Source of the DNA: Octopus vulgaris
Taxonomy: Eukaryota
Reading direction: 5' to 3'
Length of the DNA stretch: 64,000 nt
Assembly (NCBI GenBank): GCA_951406725.2
Contig: OX597815.1
Span: 125,550,001 to 125,614,000, forward strand
Of the stretch, positions 13,755 through 26,383 are shown in pieces. The position numbers and the translations under genes were made by a program. The notes under the pieces were generated by a model. The model made no database searches, was not told the DNA's origin, and saw nothing but the letters and a program-made list of their open reading frames with translations. Every line of letters begins with the position of its first letter. Within the stretch, counting starts at the first letter, position 1.

Positions 13755-14523
13755 TTATTTATATTGCTTAGATGGAAGAAAAAGGCAATATCAACGAACC
13801 TTTACAGGGTCCCCGAGACTGGTAAGTTGTATGGAAAGAGGAAGAAATTCTCCTTCCATACTTACAACATGCATGGCTATGTGGTTCTGGGTTCAGTAAT
13901 GTGAAGAACTTTAAGCAATTGTCTTCCACCACATACTTGGGTCAAACAAAGGTTTGTGAAGGAAATTGGAAATGGAAAATTTGCAGAATCCCACAGAATG
14001 TGTGTGTGTGTGTGTGAGTATCTATAAGTGATGAAACAAATATACGCATTTTGTAGTGTTTGGTTTCCTCTCAGTTATATCCCTTTGTATTCGTCGACTT
14101 TGCTTTTTTATCTCTTATGAGCTAATAGAATAAATACTAAAGTAAAGGGCTCAATATAATCTACTAAAGCTCATAAAACTAATGAAAGATGTTGAACTTT
14201 CCCATCGAAGACGATGTGTGAGTGTTCAGTTTTTGCCGAACGACCTGCACAAATGATTTGTTTATAGTGATCAAATGCATGTGTTGAGCATTAGCACACA
14301 CCCACCATCAAATCAACGTTGTGTGAACAGGAGCACGGTGTACCACGCGTCAGGGGTCGAAGCGATCGCAGAGTAACTTGAGATGAAGTGTTTTGCTCAA
14401 GAACACAATGTACCCCCCTTTCCCGGTATAGGAATTAAAACCACGATCTCACGATCGTGAGTAAAATACCCTAATCACTAGGCCCAGCGTCCTGATTTTT
14501 GTGAAAAAATAGAAAAGACTTAT

Positions 14524-14542
14524 ATGATATGATGACTGCAGC

Positions 14543-14574
<32 letters not shown>

Positions 14575-14860
14575 CGACGACGACGACGATGATGATGATG
14601 TCAGCGGTCGCGGTGATGTAGACTATGAAAACAATAATGTTGACAGCAATAATATTTGTGAGGATGACGATGGTGAAGATGAAAACGTTAATGATGAGGA
14701 CACCTATAATAATGACTATAATTGTTAAGTTGATGATAATGATGATGATGATGACGGTGGTGGTTGTGATGATGATAAGGATTATAATAATGATGAAGTG
14801 GAAGATGTAGGCGACAAGAATACTGGTGTTAACGAGGACACTAATGATGAATATGACATT
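14524..14860. repeat. Degenerate (GAT/GAC)n tract
   Basis: Directly visible; source of ORFs 14471..14908 and 14625..14810. Confidence 0.85.
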
Positions 14861-15366
14861 GCTGACTGTAGCATCAACTTTGCCAGTTACAAGAAAATTG
14901 ATTTTCAAAGACAGGGAGATTGAAATCTAGAAAAATAAAACTTAATAAAAATTCTTTTTATTAATTGTTTTTTAATAAATATGAAATAAATTGCCAATAT
15001 TTTGTTTTATTGATAAGACGATTTTGTTGAAAGAAACCCCTTAATGTGAAAATAAATACAAAAAGAAAGAAACTAATCGAAGCAAATGACAGCTTGAAGG
15101 TTTTTGCTAAGTACTAGAACTTGATTCTTGATTGAATCTAAACTGCAAGAAAATTTTGAATTTTAGATAACGTCAGTTGAAACTAACACATGTAGTGACA
15201 AAGAACACGTTGGATTTAGGAATGATTTTAAATGCCCCTAAAGATGAAATTTGTTCCAACATTTGGTTGAGATTAAAACTTGAAATTTAAAAAAAAATAT
15301 TTGAGAGAGGAAGAAACTTTACAAAATGAAGAAATATGTAGTGGGCGAGAGAACTGAATATATATA

Positions 15367-15802
15367 AATAGTTACCAGGGTAGCAAAAATCTCACAAGTA
15401 AAGATGTAACTCCTTGTTTATAAAGGTAGAAACTTCGTGTTTACGTTGAATATTTTGAATAATATATGAATAAATAAATGGAGTTTAACGCAGGTGTAAT
15501 CAAATATTTTTACTTTCGACACATGTTTCGAAAATTCCACTGATACTATTCAAAAGAATAAATGACGTTATATCATATAACGTTTTTTTAAACAATATTA
15601 ATAGCATTCTGTCTATCGCTATACATATCCATCATTTTTTGCTAAAATGTCTTATTGACAAGTTTCGCTTTTTTCACTTTCCTGAGGAGAAGATTGCATT
15701 GTTTATACCATTTATTCTTTTGAATAGTATCAGTGGAATTTTCGAAACATGTGTCGAAAGTAAAAATATTTGATTACACCTGCGTTAAACTCCATTTATT
15801 TA

Positions 15803-15811
<9 letters not shown>
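15367..15811. mobile_element. Fold-back mini-element carrying a complete hammerhead ribozyme
   Basis: Perfect 103-bp inverted arms 15462-15564 and 15709-15811; ~95-bp tail on the left; right arm runs into (TA)n. Confidence 0.8.
15676..15761 (+). ncRNA. Type I hammerhead ribozyme, PLE-type with minimal stem III
   Basis: Stem I actttc/gaaagt; core CTGAGGA 15682-15688; stem II gaagatt...aattttc with extension; GAAA 15744-15747; stem III c-ATGT-g; GTC cleavage site after 15755. Confidence 0.85.
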
Positions 15812-15850
<39 letters not shown>

Positions 15851-15884
15851 TAATACATACACATACATATACATATACACATAA

Positions 15885-15945
<61 letters not shown>

Positions 15946-16079
15946 AACACACGCACGCACACACACGCGCACATACACATATATGTATGAATATATATAA
16001 ATATATATTCTTTTATTTTATGTTTCAGCCCTAAGGCTGTGTCCATGCTGGGACATCGCCAGTGAAATCGCCCTTTAAT

Positions 16080-16510
16080 TATTCAATTCTGTGTGATTGG
16101 CTTTTGGTGAAGGAGGGAATTCGACACTGCTGCTCTCTTTTGAGTTTCCTGATGTGGTATTGGTTCATCTGGGATCTTGGATAGCAAAAGGTCAAGGTGT
16201 TTCTTGAAAATATCTACCCCCACTCCATGGAGACCCCTCAGATGTTTTGGCAAGGCATTAAATAGTATTGCAGTACATGGTACTCATCTTAGATGAGAGA
16301 GGTGGGACTTTTGGAACAGTGCAGTGACGTCCATTTCGAGGTCAGGTATAACTCTCCTTTCCAAAGTTTAGTGCCAGCCCCTCCAATATCTTCCACACAT
16401 ATATCACAGCATACCTCTCCCGTCTACGCTCCAAGGAATAGAGTCGTAGCTCTTTCAGTCTCTCCCACTAGCTCAGCTGTTCTATTGATGCAATCTTCCT
16501 TGTGTAGTAC
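16080..16510 (-). mobile_element. CR1/Jockey-group LINE 3' fragment
   Basis: Minus strand gives LFNALPKHLRGLHGVGVDIFKKHLDLLLSKIPDEP, typical of the ORF2 C-terminus. Confidence 0.7.
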
Positions 16511-16676
16511 CGCTAAACCGCCTCAAGTTCCGCTATTAATCCTACACTGATCACAGTTGAGAGCAGTAGTCCAGACGGCTGAGTACAGATGTCTTCCATA
16601 GGACCAGCATAGCTTCCTGGTCCCTTGTTCTGAAGGTTCTCAGAATCTATCCGGCCACTCACTTGCACACTGCGAC

Positions 16677-16761
<85 letters not shown>

Positions 16762-16763
16762 CA

Positions 16764-16798
<35 letters not shown>

Positions 16799-16814
16799 CA
16801 CACACACACACACA

Positions 16815-17430
16815 CACGTGGTCTGATCAATAAGTATCGGAACTGTTGCCATAATAACGAAGGTAAAGCACTAAGAGTGCAGCCGCTTGGCAAAGATTGA
16901 CCTTAAACTTTGCCGTGCATGCGCGCTAAATTTTAACGCTCTAGCTCACTTCCGCTGTTTACAGTAGTGCTTGGAAGGAAGGTGTGTAGCGTGTAATTGT
17001 CGCTTGGCGATACCTGCTCAGAGACCTACGCAAAGTTTTCAAAGAGTTTTAATCGTTCTCGGCACAATCAAGGAGATCTTGTGCAAAGAATGTCTCTTTG
17101 GTCAACTGAAAACAGTTTTGACACAAACTTGGCAGACACGCATTTCATACCCAAGTCTTCAGTGATAATCGACTGAACTAAACCGTAACTAATCTTCACA
17201 TCCTCTGAGTTATCACGGATTGTGATTCGACAAGTTCCCCTCACAGCTGCACGTACATCTGGGATGTTTTTCTCAGTTCTGCTGGTTACAGATCTCCGAG
17301 AACGTTCGTCAATGTCGACACTTATTCGGCCATCTTGGAAACGTCTAAACCATTTGTATACTTGCGTGTACTCCTCATACACTCCTCTCCATATACATTC
17401 TGAAACTTTGCGTAGGCCTCTGAGCAAGTA
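16815..17430. mobile_element. Rearranged mariner relic: 5' end on plus, transposase HTH fragment on minus
   Basis: TIR-like cgtggtctgatcaataagtatc; ORF 17068..17427 has QVYKWFRRFQDGRISVDIDERSRR...AKFVSKL. Confidence 0.75.
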
Positions 17431-18789
17431 GAATGATCAACCATCTTCCTTTTTCCTAACATCAGTTCTATATACAACCGTCTCTCGTTTTGCTTTGTTT
17501 AGGTATTTCAGTATAACTTCAGTGTCATCCTTCTCTTTACTCAGTCGAAACATACTAATATTGTTCATAAACTTGTTATTGTCCTGTTCCTATCAACACC
17601 CACCCATATTTAAGCTGTTAGTCGAAAGGTTCAAATACTTTCGGTATGTTTTTATACTCTTTTTCGCTGTCCCGTTTCTTGCTATCGCACACACAATATC
17701 CAACTTGTCTTACTCTTTTACTCTTTTACTCTTTTACTTGTTTCAGTCAGTTACTGTTCACTTCCTAGCAATATTTTTCTTTAAAACTGTTGGCACCACT
17801 GGAAATACACCGTTTCGAGTTATCAAAGCTGCCATGACCTCCAAATCAACAGCTGATGAAGGAAGTCTATCTTGTTTTGATTTTGTTTCCTATACCTTAT
17901 ATGTCTTTGTTGTCTCCTGTGCATACTTTCTTCACACACACATACGCGCGCGCGCATACACATGTACATGCATATTTACATACGTACATACATACAGACT
18001 GCAATGACTAGCTCACAGGTTCACAGTTTTCTCACTTCTCTTCTATTGCTCTTTCAACAGAAATACTAATATTTTGAACTTGTTAATCCACATGTTTATT
18101 CAATAGTGAGGCGTAGCTCATTTACTAATCCAAATGTCTGTTGTGAGTGTTATATTCTTTAATGCAATTAACAGGTTTTGATTCACAGTGTTGTCAAAAT
18201 TCTTTCCAGTCATTTATCTTTTTGTCATTGGTCGAGTGTAACTTTGTAAAAGACTGAGGAGTGCACAAAGCCCTAAAGTTATCAGAAACCAGAACCGCCA
18301 GCTAGTTGCTTTGAGAATTGTCATAAAGAAGAAAAACTTGAAGCAGCAACAAAATGAAATCTCAGCTTCAAATTAATAGATAAATTCTGTTACACGTAGT
18401 AAGTACTTGTTTCTCTTCTTTGTATATCAATTACATGAACATAAACATGTACATACATACATACATACATACAAACATTAATATGTGTATGTAAAGCGTA
18501 GATAGCTCAGGATGAATGTCAATTTTAATCAGGTTAATTTGATAACCTTGAAAGCAGACATAGTTGAAAAGAAAGCATTTACAAAACTTCGTGAGGATCA
18601 AATGTTATGTTTTCATGAGAAGTGAAATAGTTCTAGAGACAAAGAAGCTACTACAGTATACAGGTAAAGAAATGAAGAGCAGATGGCGATGATTGGGCCA
18701 GATAAAATTTAACCTTCTTTCATATGAGCTAAGAACTACATCATATTTGCTAAATTTTTCGAAATATATCATCTTCTGTTAGGATGGGT

Positions 18790-18960
18790 CGGAGGCATTT
18801 CATCGGTCATTACGTCCTGAGTTCAAATTCCGCTGAGGTCGACATTACCTTTCATTCTTTCGGGGTCGATAAAATAATTAGCAATTGAGTACTAGAGTCG
18901 ACGTAATCGACTTGCTACTTCTTTCAATTTCAGGACTTGTGCCTATAGTAGAAAGGATTA
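18790..18960 (+). mobile_element. SINE fragment with Nin/Deu-like domain
   Basis: gagttcaaattccgctgaggtcgacattacctttcattctttcggggtcgata matches the 62396 family. Confidence 0.65.
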
Positions 18961-19384
18961 TTTTGACCATAAAAGAATAGGAAGAAATTGGTTTATCGTT
19001 ACAAATATCCTTCCACAGATTATTTTAAATATTTTTTGTTTTACTTTTGGAACCTGATGAAAAATTCCGTTTACTTATTACACCAATGAGAATCTTTGAA
19101 AATAAATGTTATATTTACTTATTAAATGCTATATTTACATACTAAATGTTATATTTACTTATTAAAAATAAAATGCTAAAGATAAAGTATAATGTTGAAT
19201 TATTTTATAGAAGAAAAAGAAGAGAGCAATGTAGAACATAGGAGCGGTTGTACAGAGGAAATTTGCAACGTGAAACCTACCACATACCAATTACTTACAA
19301 GCTGCATCCTATTAACATTAGGAATTGTAATAGAAATAAGAAATAAAACGTAGTTCAATTCAGCAATAACTCATAGTTAATCTT

Positions 19385-21135
19385 ATCTCGAATCCTTTCT
19401 TCCCTTCTCTAAGAAAATGCTTCCCCTTGCAACGTAGAATTTTAAACGAAATATTACAAAATGATCCTATCACATTGCTCCTAACTTCGCACAAACCTTC
19501 CCGTCAACTACAAAAGTTCAACATAACCTATTATGCTAATATATATCGGAACACTATTTGAAAATTCATTATTCTAGTAATTTCCCCCACCATACCATAA
19601 ATGTCTATATAATGTTATAGTCTACCGATGCAATGTTGTCCTTAATAACTCAATGAACATTTGTATGCGTTCCATTTCTACACTCTTTAAACTATGCTAC
19701 AACAACCACACTCACTCATTCCGTAAACAAGATAAAAAACGTTACAGTTTATTTGGTAGCTAAAAGAGAATAATGCTAACTGCATATTAAAACGGAAAAT
19801 AGTATTAAGAGGCAAGAACAGTATTCTGGTAAGAAGAGATCGTGCTATTTCTGCCTGAGAATAATCTTAGTCATCTCAATCGCTAACAGGAATCTACTTT
19901 AGCAAAAAGATCTCCTCCTGTAAACATAAGACCTCAAAATTCTATCTCCGGTACAAACTGAAAACTTTACTCTGAAGATAGTAAATAATTGATCCACTAA
20001 CTTAAACTCTTGTTGCACCGGCTGTAATAGAAGCATTTACTTCTAGGAAACTTTTACTATCTATCACTAATTTTTAAAAACCTTTCTTGACCTAATAGGT
20101 TTATTTAATATACTTTCTTCGGTTTTAATTGCCTTCGTACTTCAACTTTTATCATATCTGCAAGTCGAAATCTAATTACCGCTTACTATTACCGGGCCCC
20201 CCCCCCCCCGCTGATATTGTATATATTCTCTTAGTTTTCTTCCTTTTATTTAACTGCATTTTTCTTTCATATTCCCAATACGAAGATTTAATTAAATTTT
20301 TTTGTCAACGTAGTTTATTTAGTAACATTAATGTTGTCTTTTATACTCCAGATTTTTAAAATTTCATTTTATTAATAATTTAACTGTTATTCTTTAAAAC
20401 TATTTCTTTCAAATTAATACCCTTTATTGCAATTTACTTTGTTTTTAATTATATTTACTTAATCATTTCTTCTGCATTACTTCTTTAATCTCACGCTTTC
20501 ATCCCAGCACTTCTCAATTTGTACTTCTACGCTTCTCATTTTTCTCTCCTTTATCTATATATTTCCAAGACCTCTTTGGTTATTAAAATGTTTTTTTTCT
20601 GACATCTTTTCTCTTTCAGAAAGATAGAATCCAATTTGATTGAATATTAATTAATTTTTAAATTCTAGATTATAGATGCTTTTTACTTAGTTACTTATTT
20701 ATAATTTTGTAAATTTTTATGCAATTCATCTCGCTTTAATTTACAAGTAAAACCTATATTGGGGTCCTTGTTCCCTTTTTAAGAGATAACTATCAAGTTA
20801 TCAAGATTATAGTTCCCATATTTTCCCCCAAATATCCTTTTACGCCTAACTTCAGTGTTCTTATAATTAATTATAAATCCGTCCGCGCTTTAGTTGCCGG
20901 TATGGTTCTCCTTTTCCTCCATGATAACTATACCTCTTCCTTTGATACACTCTTCCCCCTTTCCATTCAAGATGATATAAACTGTCTTTATCTCCTCTAT
21001 GTATTTTTAGAATACTCGCGTATTCTGACTATGAATTCCGCCAGGATGAAGAAAATACCTTAATTGTTTAAAAACCACGTTTCGAGTGAAACATATGACC
21101 ATCTAAAAAAATAAATAAATTTAATTTAATGGAAT
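19385..21135 (+). mobile_element. Penelope-like retroelement relic: linker, GIY-YIG endonuclease and long 3' region
   Basis: Frameshifted NFKRNITK*SY; KCLYNVIVYRCNV...FKLCYNNHTHSFRKQ (19599-19745); FIW*LKENN; SCYFCL; CKH. Ends near a hammerhead-like gaaacatatgac (21088) and AATAAA. The 3' extent is inferred. Confidence 0.7.
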
Positions 21136-21207
21136 ATATATTATTCATCTCGAGTCCTACCTCTATTTGAAAGTGACTTTTCGTTCATAATTAGCATTAT
21201 ATATATG

Positions 21208-21413
21208 ACACAATAAGAGATTATATAAATGACAAGGACACAAGAAATTATGTAATGAACTGCATTAGGTGATGTAACGAAGTTCATTACATAATTTATT
21301 GTTCCTTTATGTATATAATCTCTCTTATTACGCTCTGTATTCGACTAATGCTTTTCTCTGAAGTATTTGTATTTTGAGTTCTAACACCAGGTATAATACT
21401 GCTATGCTTAAGC
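21208..21413. mobile_element. Fold-back mini-element with the tail on the right
   Basis: Inverted arms ~21212-21261 and 21281-21329 (core aaattatgtaatgaact/agttcattacataattt); ~85-bp tail; TA tracts on both sides. Confidence 0.55.
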
Positions 21414-21430
21414 TATATGTATATTATGTA

Positions 21431-21492
<62 letters not shown>

Positions 21493-21662
21493 TATATATA
21501 TATATACATACACATATATATATATAAGTATATATGCATAGAGTGTTAGGTGTGGTGTACAAAAATTGTATTTGACAAGATCGAGAAACGAACGAAAGCG
21601 CTAGTAATGATGAATAAATAAAAAGATTTTTTCCAAAATTCTGGCAACCTTTTTTCTCAATA

Positions 21663-21738
<76 letters not shown>

Positions 21739-21767
21739 CATATAAAAGTATACATATATATATATGC

Positions 21768-21811
<44 letters not shown>

Positions 21812-21815
<4 letters not shown>

Positions 21816-22033
21816 GTAGTAACAGAAAAGAGGAATTACCCCCACGTGGTGAGTTGTAATGTATATAAGAAATTAAAAAAGGAAAATACGCACACTTACA
21901 TAGTTTTGATATAATTTTTAATATATCGACCGGTTTCGCTATCGCTATTCGTGATTAGCGATAGCGAAACCGGTCAATATATTAAAAATTATATTAAAAC
22001 TACGTAAGTGTGCGTATTTTCCTTTTTAAATTT

Positions 22034-22040
<7 letters not shown>
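21812..22040. mobile_element. Fold-back mini-element centred on hammerhead stem II
   Basis: Arms 21863-21947 and 21956-22040 with an 8-nt loop; GAAA-c-CG-g-TC at 21966-21975; set in (TA)n. Confidence 0.75.
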
Positions 22041-22085
<45 letters not shown>

Positions 22086-22210
22086 TATATATATATGTAC
22101 ATGTATATATATTATATATACATATATATTAAACGTATATCTATGTATAAATATACTTTTACCATTCTCTCTCTTTCTCTCTCTCTCTCTCCTATATATA
22201 TATATATATA

Positions 22211-22243
<33 letters not shown>

Positions 22244-22988
22244 GCGTCTGTGTCTCTGTGTGTGTGTGTATTTACATATGTACATATACAATTGAGCTGG
22301 TTGAATGGCAAAGTGTCCATGGACTCAGAATGCAAAAAAGACTGAAATGAAATACTGCAAGTTATTTCATACGACACTCTAGCAACTCTGCCATTTCACC
22401 TCTCTTAAGAATCATATTGATTACACTTTATTATCCTATCAAAAAGTAATTATTTGTTTATTGTCGTCAGGTAACAGAGCATCATTAGAGCCATATTTTG
22501 TTTTTCCAGTGAGAATTTTTCTCAATCACTTACACCTGATAATGGCTTGGAATTATATAGCATTGTTAAAATTGCCACGCTAGCGTTGTAATAAGCTCGG
22601 TTCACTGATTAAATGAATATTAAAGTTGTAGAAGTACTAAAATAAAATTAACTACTAGAGTGTCATTGGTTAAAAATCCTGCCAGTGCGCGTGTGTGAAT
22701 TGTTTAGTTAAACTTAGCTGTCATAGCTAGGGTCAAGCTAGAGGATCAGCCTTCTGTGTGTTGTCATAAAAATATTAAAAAAAAAAAACGGAGGGTAGAA
22801 TATTTTACGAATAATAAGAAAAAATATAGTAAAAACACACTTCTATATTATTTGTGATATTATCAGAGTGTCGAGGTTTGTATGGTTTAAAATCTCTGAG
22901 AGCAATCTCCATTAGAAGTGTCTACTGGCGGGATAACACAAAGTAATATCATTAAAGGTCGGAAGTTAAATGAATATGTACACACACA

Positions 22989-23046
<58 letters not shown>

Positions 23047-25160
23047 CTCGCACACACATTGTCGCGTATTTATGCACATTCCTAAAGATATGTACACGCA
23101 CAAACACACAGTTACGACTTGGACCAATAATTCAAGCATCCATTGCATATATGCCTTCATTGTAAGGTTTGACAAAAGAATGTTGGGTATCCAGAGACAT
23201 CTTCTTTGCGGCCAGAAAATACTCTTTTGTTAAAAAGCCTTAAAATAAGACATGGCTCATAACTAGCAACGTATAAATGAGTGAATAAATAAATATGGTG
23301 AAGTGTTTAAGTACTGGACTCATTGAATTCGATGAAATTAAATACTGGGACATCTGAAGAGATATGATTGCAGAAGACAACATGTAAAATGATTTTGCGA
23401 TGACAAAGCTACAGTATTGATAATACTACTGCATTAGTTTTTAAGAAGGTTTCAATGTTTCAAGGTTGGTATAAAAAAGAATTATATGATGCTATGCCCA
23501 GAGGAAGTATGAGCTCTGAATATAAAATGAATTCTTGGTGGCAAGGGGAAAAATTGTACAGATTTCTCACAAAACAATAAACCAACCTCATGAAAAGCAA
23601 AAAATCTCTTCCTTTAAATATGGAAATTTTTCTTTTGAAACTAAGAAAAGGGATATTAGAAATCACTATTGACTACAGGCAGTCTTAAAGACTCAAATAC
23701 ACTCAAATATTTCTTTGGTAAACATACACTGAAATACATTACAAATGTTAGTTAGATTATCTGATTTAAAAATAAAGATAGTTGAATAAAAATAACTATA
23801 CTTGATTTAATTTATTTATCTGTCTTTTTTTACATTGATGTCTCTATCCATTCATTCTAAGTATCTTATTAGAAATAGACGTATAAAATAGAGGTTCACT
23901 TATTGAGTAGAGATTGAAGTATATTCATAAAGTACACGTAGACTTATGGAGAAGAGGTATCATAAAGATAGAGTTACAAACCTAAGCTACATTCATAGAA
24001 CAACGGTTGATTGATAGTGTAGAAGCAGACTTAAAGAGCAGAGGAAGAATTACAGTGGAGAGTTAGACTCACGGAACAGTGGTACTAACAAAATAGAGAT
24101 TAACTCATAAGACTAAAGTGATAGATTTGAAATCGACTCGTTGCGAGACTTCATCAGTGAATGCTGAAAGTATATGTGCACATGTATGTGCAGGCCTTGG
24201 TAAGATCTTTTTGAGGGAGATTGACATAGCTGCCCAAGAACGCAAGTTTCCTTTCTTCACACCACCATAGAAAATCATAGACGACTTTCACGCTTACTCT
24301 ACAATCTCAAAGCGAAGTTTGTTGATAGATCCCTCTTTTCCAATAAAGGATTTGTCATGTATAATAAACATGACAAAACTTTTCGTATCTCGTAAATTTA
24401 ATTACTTTATTCACGAATGACAGCTAAATCTTTGGGTGTAGCTCATAGTAATCTCTAGCATGAGAAATGAATACTGCTGACACGTCAGCAATACATCGAA
24501 ATTGTTCTTAAAATCCGTACATTTTTATTAATAGTTGAAGTAGTTTTGTTGTTGCCCTGACTGGACTTTCTTACATACGATTGACATATAGTAGTATAAT
24601 TACTGTTAACTCATCTAGCTTACTGCATCAGTCGAATCAACATTCATGAAAACACAAATCCTTGCATCTCATACAAAACTGCTCAGTTGTGAGTGATGCG
24701 TCAAAGGTATTTGCGTTAAGAATTACAAAGCGAAAACAATCAGGTAACCATTTGATGACATTTAATGGGAGGAAAAAAACCGCGATAAACCTACTTGACT
24801 CATACAAACTAATGAACAACGGACATTGTTGACCTCTTTATTGAAGTTGATGATGATGATGGTGGTGGTGTTGGTGATGGTTGTGGTGATGGTGGTTGCT
24901 GCTGTGGTGGGGTGGTAATGTTAGAAGGGGTGTAGGAGATGGTAGTGACGGTGATTCTGACGGTGATGATAGCAGCGGCGTTGATGGTGTTGATGATAGT
25001 GATAATTGTGGCAGTGATGGTTGTGATGACAGAGGTGGCAGTGGTGGTGGTGATGATAGAGTGATGATGATAATGATGATGATTTAATCACAAGTATCTT
25101 CGTTCATCTTTTGCAACATCTCATAATAATTTCTCATATTCGTACAAGACAAACACGTTC

Positions 25161-25234
25161 TTAAAGTATGGATACAATAAGGACCAATCCAATCAACTGA
25201 CTCCAGAATATGCTCGGAACTTTTTTTAGTGATC
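25161..25234 (-). CDS. Candidate terminal exon encoding a hydrophobic, GPI-signal-like C-terminus
   Basis: Acceptor tttatgtttcgatttctgtag|; one frame gives SLKKVPSIFWSQLIGLVLIVSIL*, another ITKKSSEHILESVDWIGPYC...; unconfirmed. Confidence 0.3.
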
Positions 25235-26274
25235 CTACAGAAATCGAAACATAAAGTTAACTCGGTCAATGTTTAGAACTGAAACTAATTGGTGGCTGGG
25301 TTCATTAATTCAGGGTCATAGGTTTCAGTGGATTCGATCCCCGGACGTTGTGTCCCTAGGCAACGTACTTCATATTGTTCCAGCTCACTCAGTCGAAAAT
25401 GAGCTGTGTTTATTGCAAAATGGCACCCGGTTGATTATTAGCTTAAGAGCTGCAAATGCATGCTATCCACAGGTCTTGATGTTTTTAGTTATGGGTGGTA
25501 TTTAAACAGCACTAACTACCTCTTGCTGAGTGTAACAATTTATAACAAGAAATAGTAAATTGACATGCGCACTTTCTTTGGTAAAGTGAACATGTATATT
25601 TCAATATTATTCTCAAAATGATTAGCAGAAACAGCACCACTCATCTCTGTAAGCTGCAGGAGAACAGTAAAATTGCTGTGCACTTTCAGAATCAGAATGA
25701 TTTAAATGCAGGTCAGTTCCTGATCGACGTGACACTTACCAAGGAATGACACGCTGATTCATTCTTTATTGAAGTCGGCTGCCGCAGCTTTCCAGCTAGA
25801 TCAGTACGCTGTTTTCTGTAGAAGATTAGTCTGAAACCCAGGCAAACAAAGAAAGCCACTAAAGTGATAGGCATGGTTACTGAAAGCAACTCGAGGTGTC
25901 TGTGGTTGACAAGCGACTGCTTTTGGAACCCCTTTGTAGATGAAGATTAATTGAGTCCTCGTTACACCACTCTGACAGAAGCGTACGAGCTAAGGGACGA
26001 AATGCTTGTGACCATGAGATATCTTGTAATGATATGGAAGGGTTTCCAACATTGTGTCAGATTCAAAAGAGCTAGCAATACCTCTCAGCAGCTCTTGCAG
26101 TTTCTGCAAGGGGCAAAGAATTTCCGATGTTTTAATCAAACAACACATTTATTTTGATGAGGTAAAGAAACGATGGCCACCGCTTTGAAGAAAATCTGTA
26201 AAATATAAATATAAATAGAAACAACGACAATGGTAGCAAAAGCAACAGAAACCTCAACAGCAATATCAACTTAC

Positions 26275-26383
26275 TTGAGTAGTTTCAAGCCGGCATTTGT
26301 GCGAATTTGAAAAGAGCGTCCCATCTCTGGCACACTGGTTAATTTGAACTTTTGTGAGATCAATGTCAACAACAACGATACCA
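26275..26383 (-). CDS. Internal exon of a GPR158/GPR179-family extracellular (Cache/EGF-like) domain protein
   Basis: Acceptor tttatttctaattgcag| and donor CAA|gtaagt; 109 nt; encodes GIVVVDIDLTKVQINQCARDGTLFSNSHKCRLETTQ, matching the family pattern GVxxxDIxLxxVDIxQC...FxxxHKC; absent from the ORF track. Confidence 0.8.

Noticed and set aside
17800-17870. ctgatga on plus and gaaac on minus close together
   Set aside because: The two halves are on opposite strands, so no consistent hammerhead fold.
19054-19112. ctgatga...gaaa with a partial stem II
   Set aside because: Stems I and III cannot be formed; at best a very decayed ribozyme.
19455-19470. In-frame TGA in the PLE relic as possible selenocysteine
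   Set aside because: It is not at a Cys position and the relic has many other stops and frameshifts.
23693-23728. Minus-strand CMFTKEIFECI* after an AG acceptor as the next GPR158-type exon, or a Sec codon
   Set aside because: Lacks the GxGFxxGxY motif; ECI* results from a 10-bp tandem duplication (actcaaatac actcaaatat).
24125-24160. Minus-strand CTGATGA plus hairpin, hammerhead-like
   Set aside because: GAAA is replaced by GATT and stems I and III do not form.
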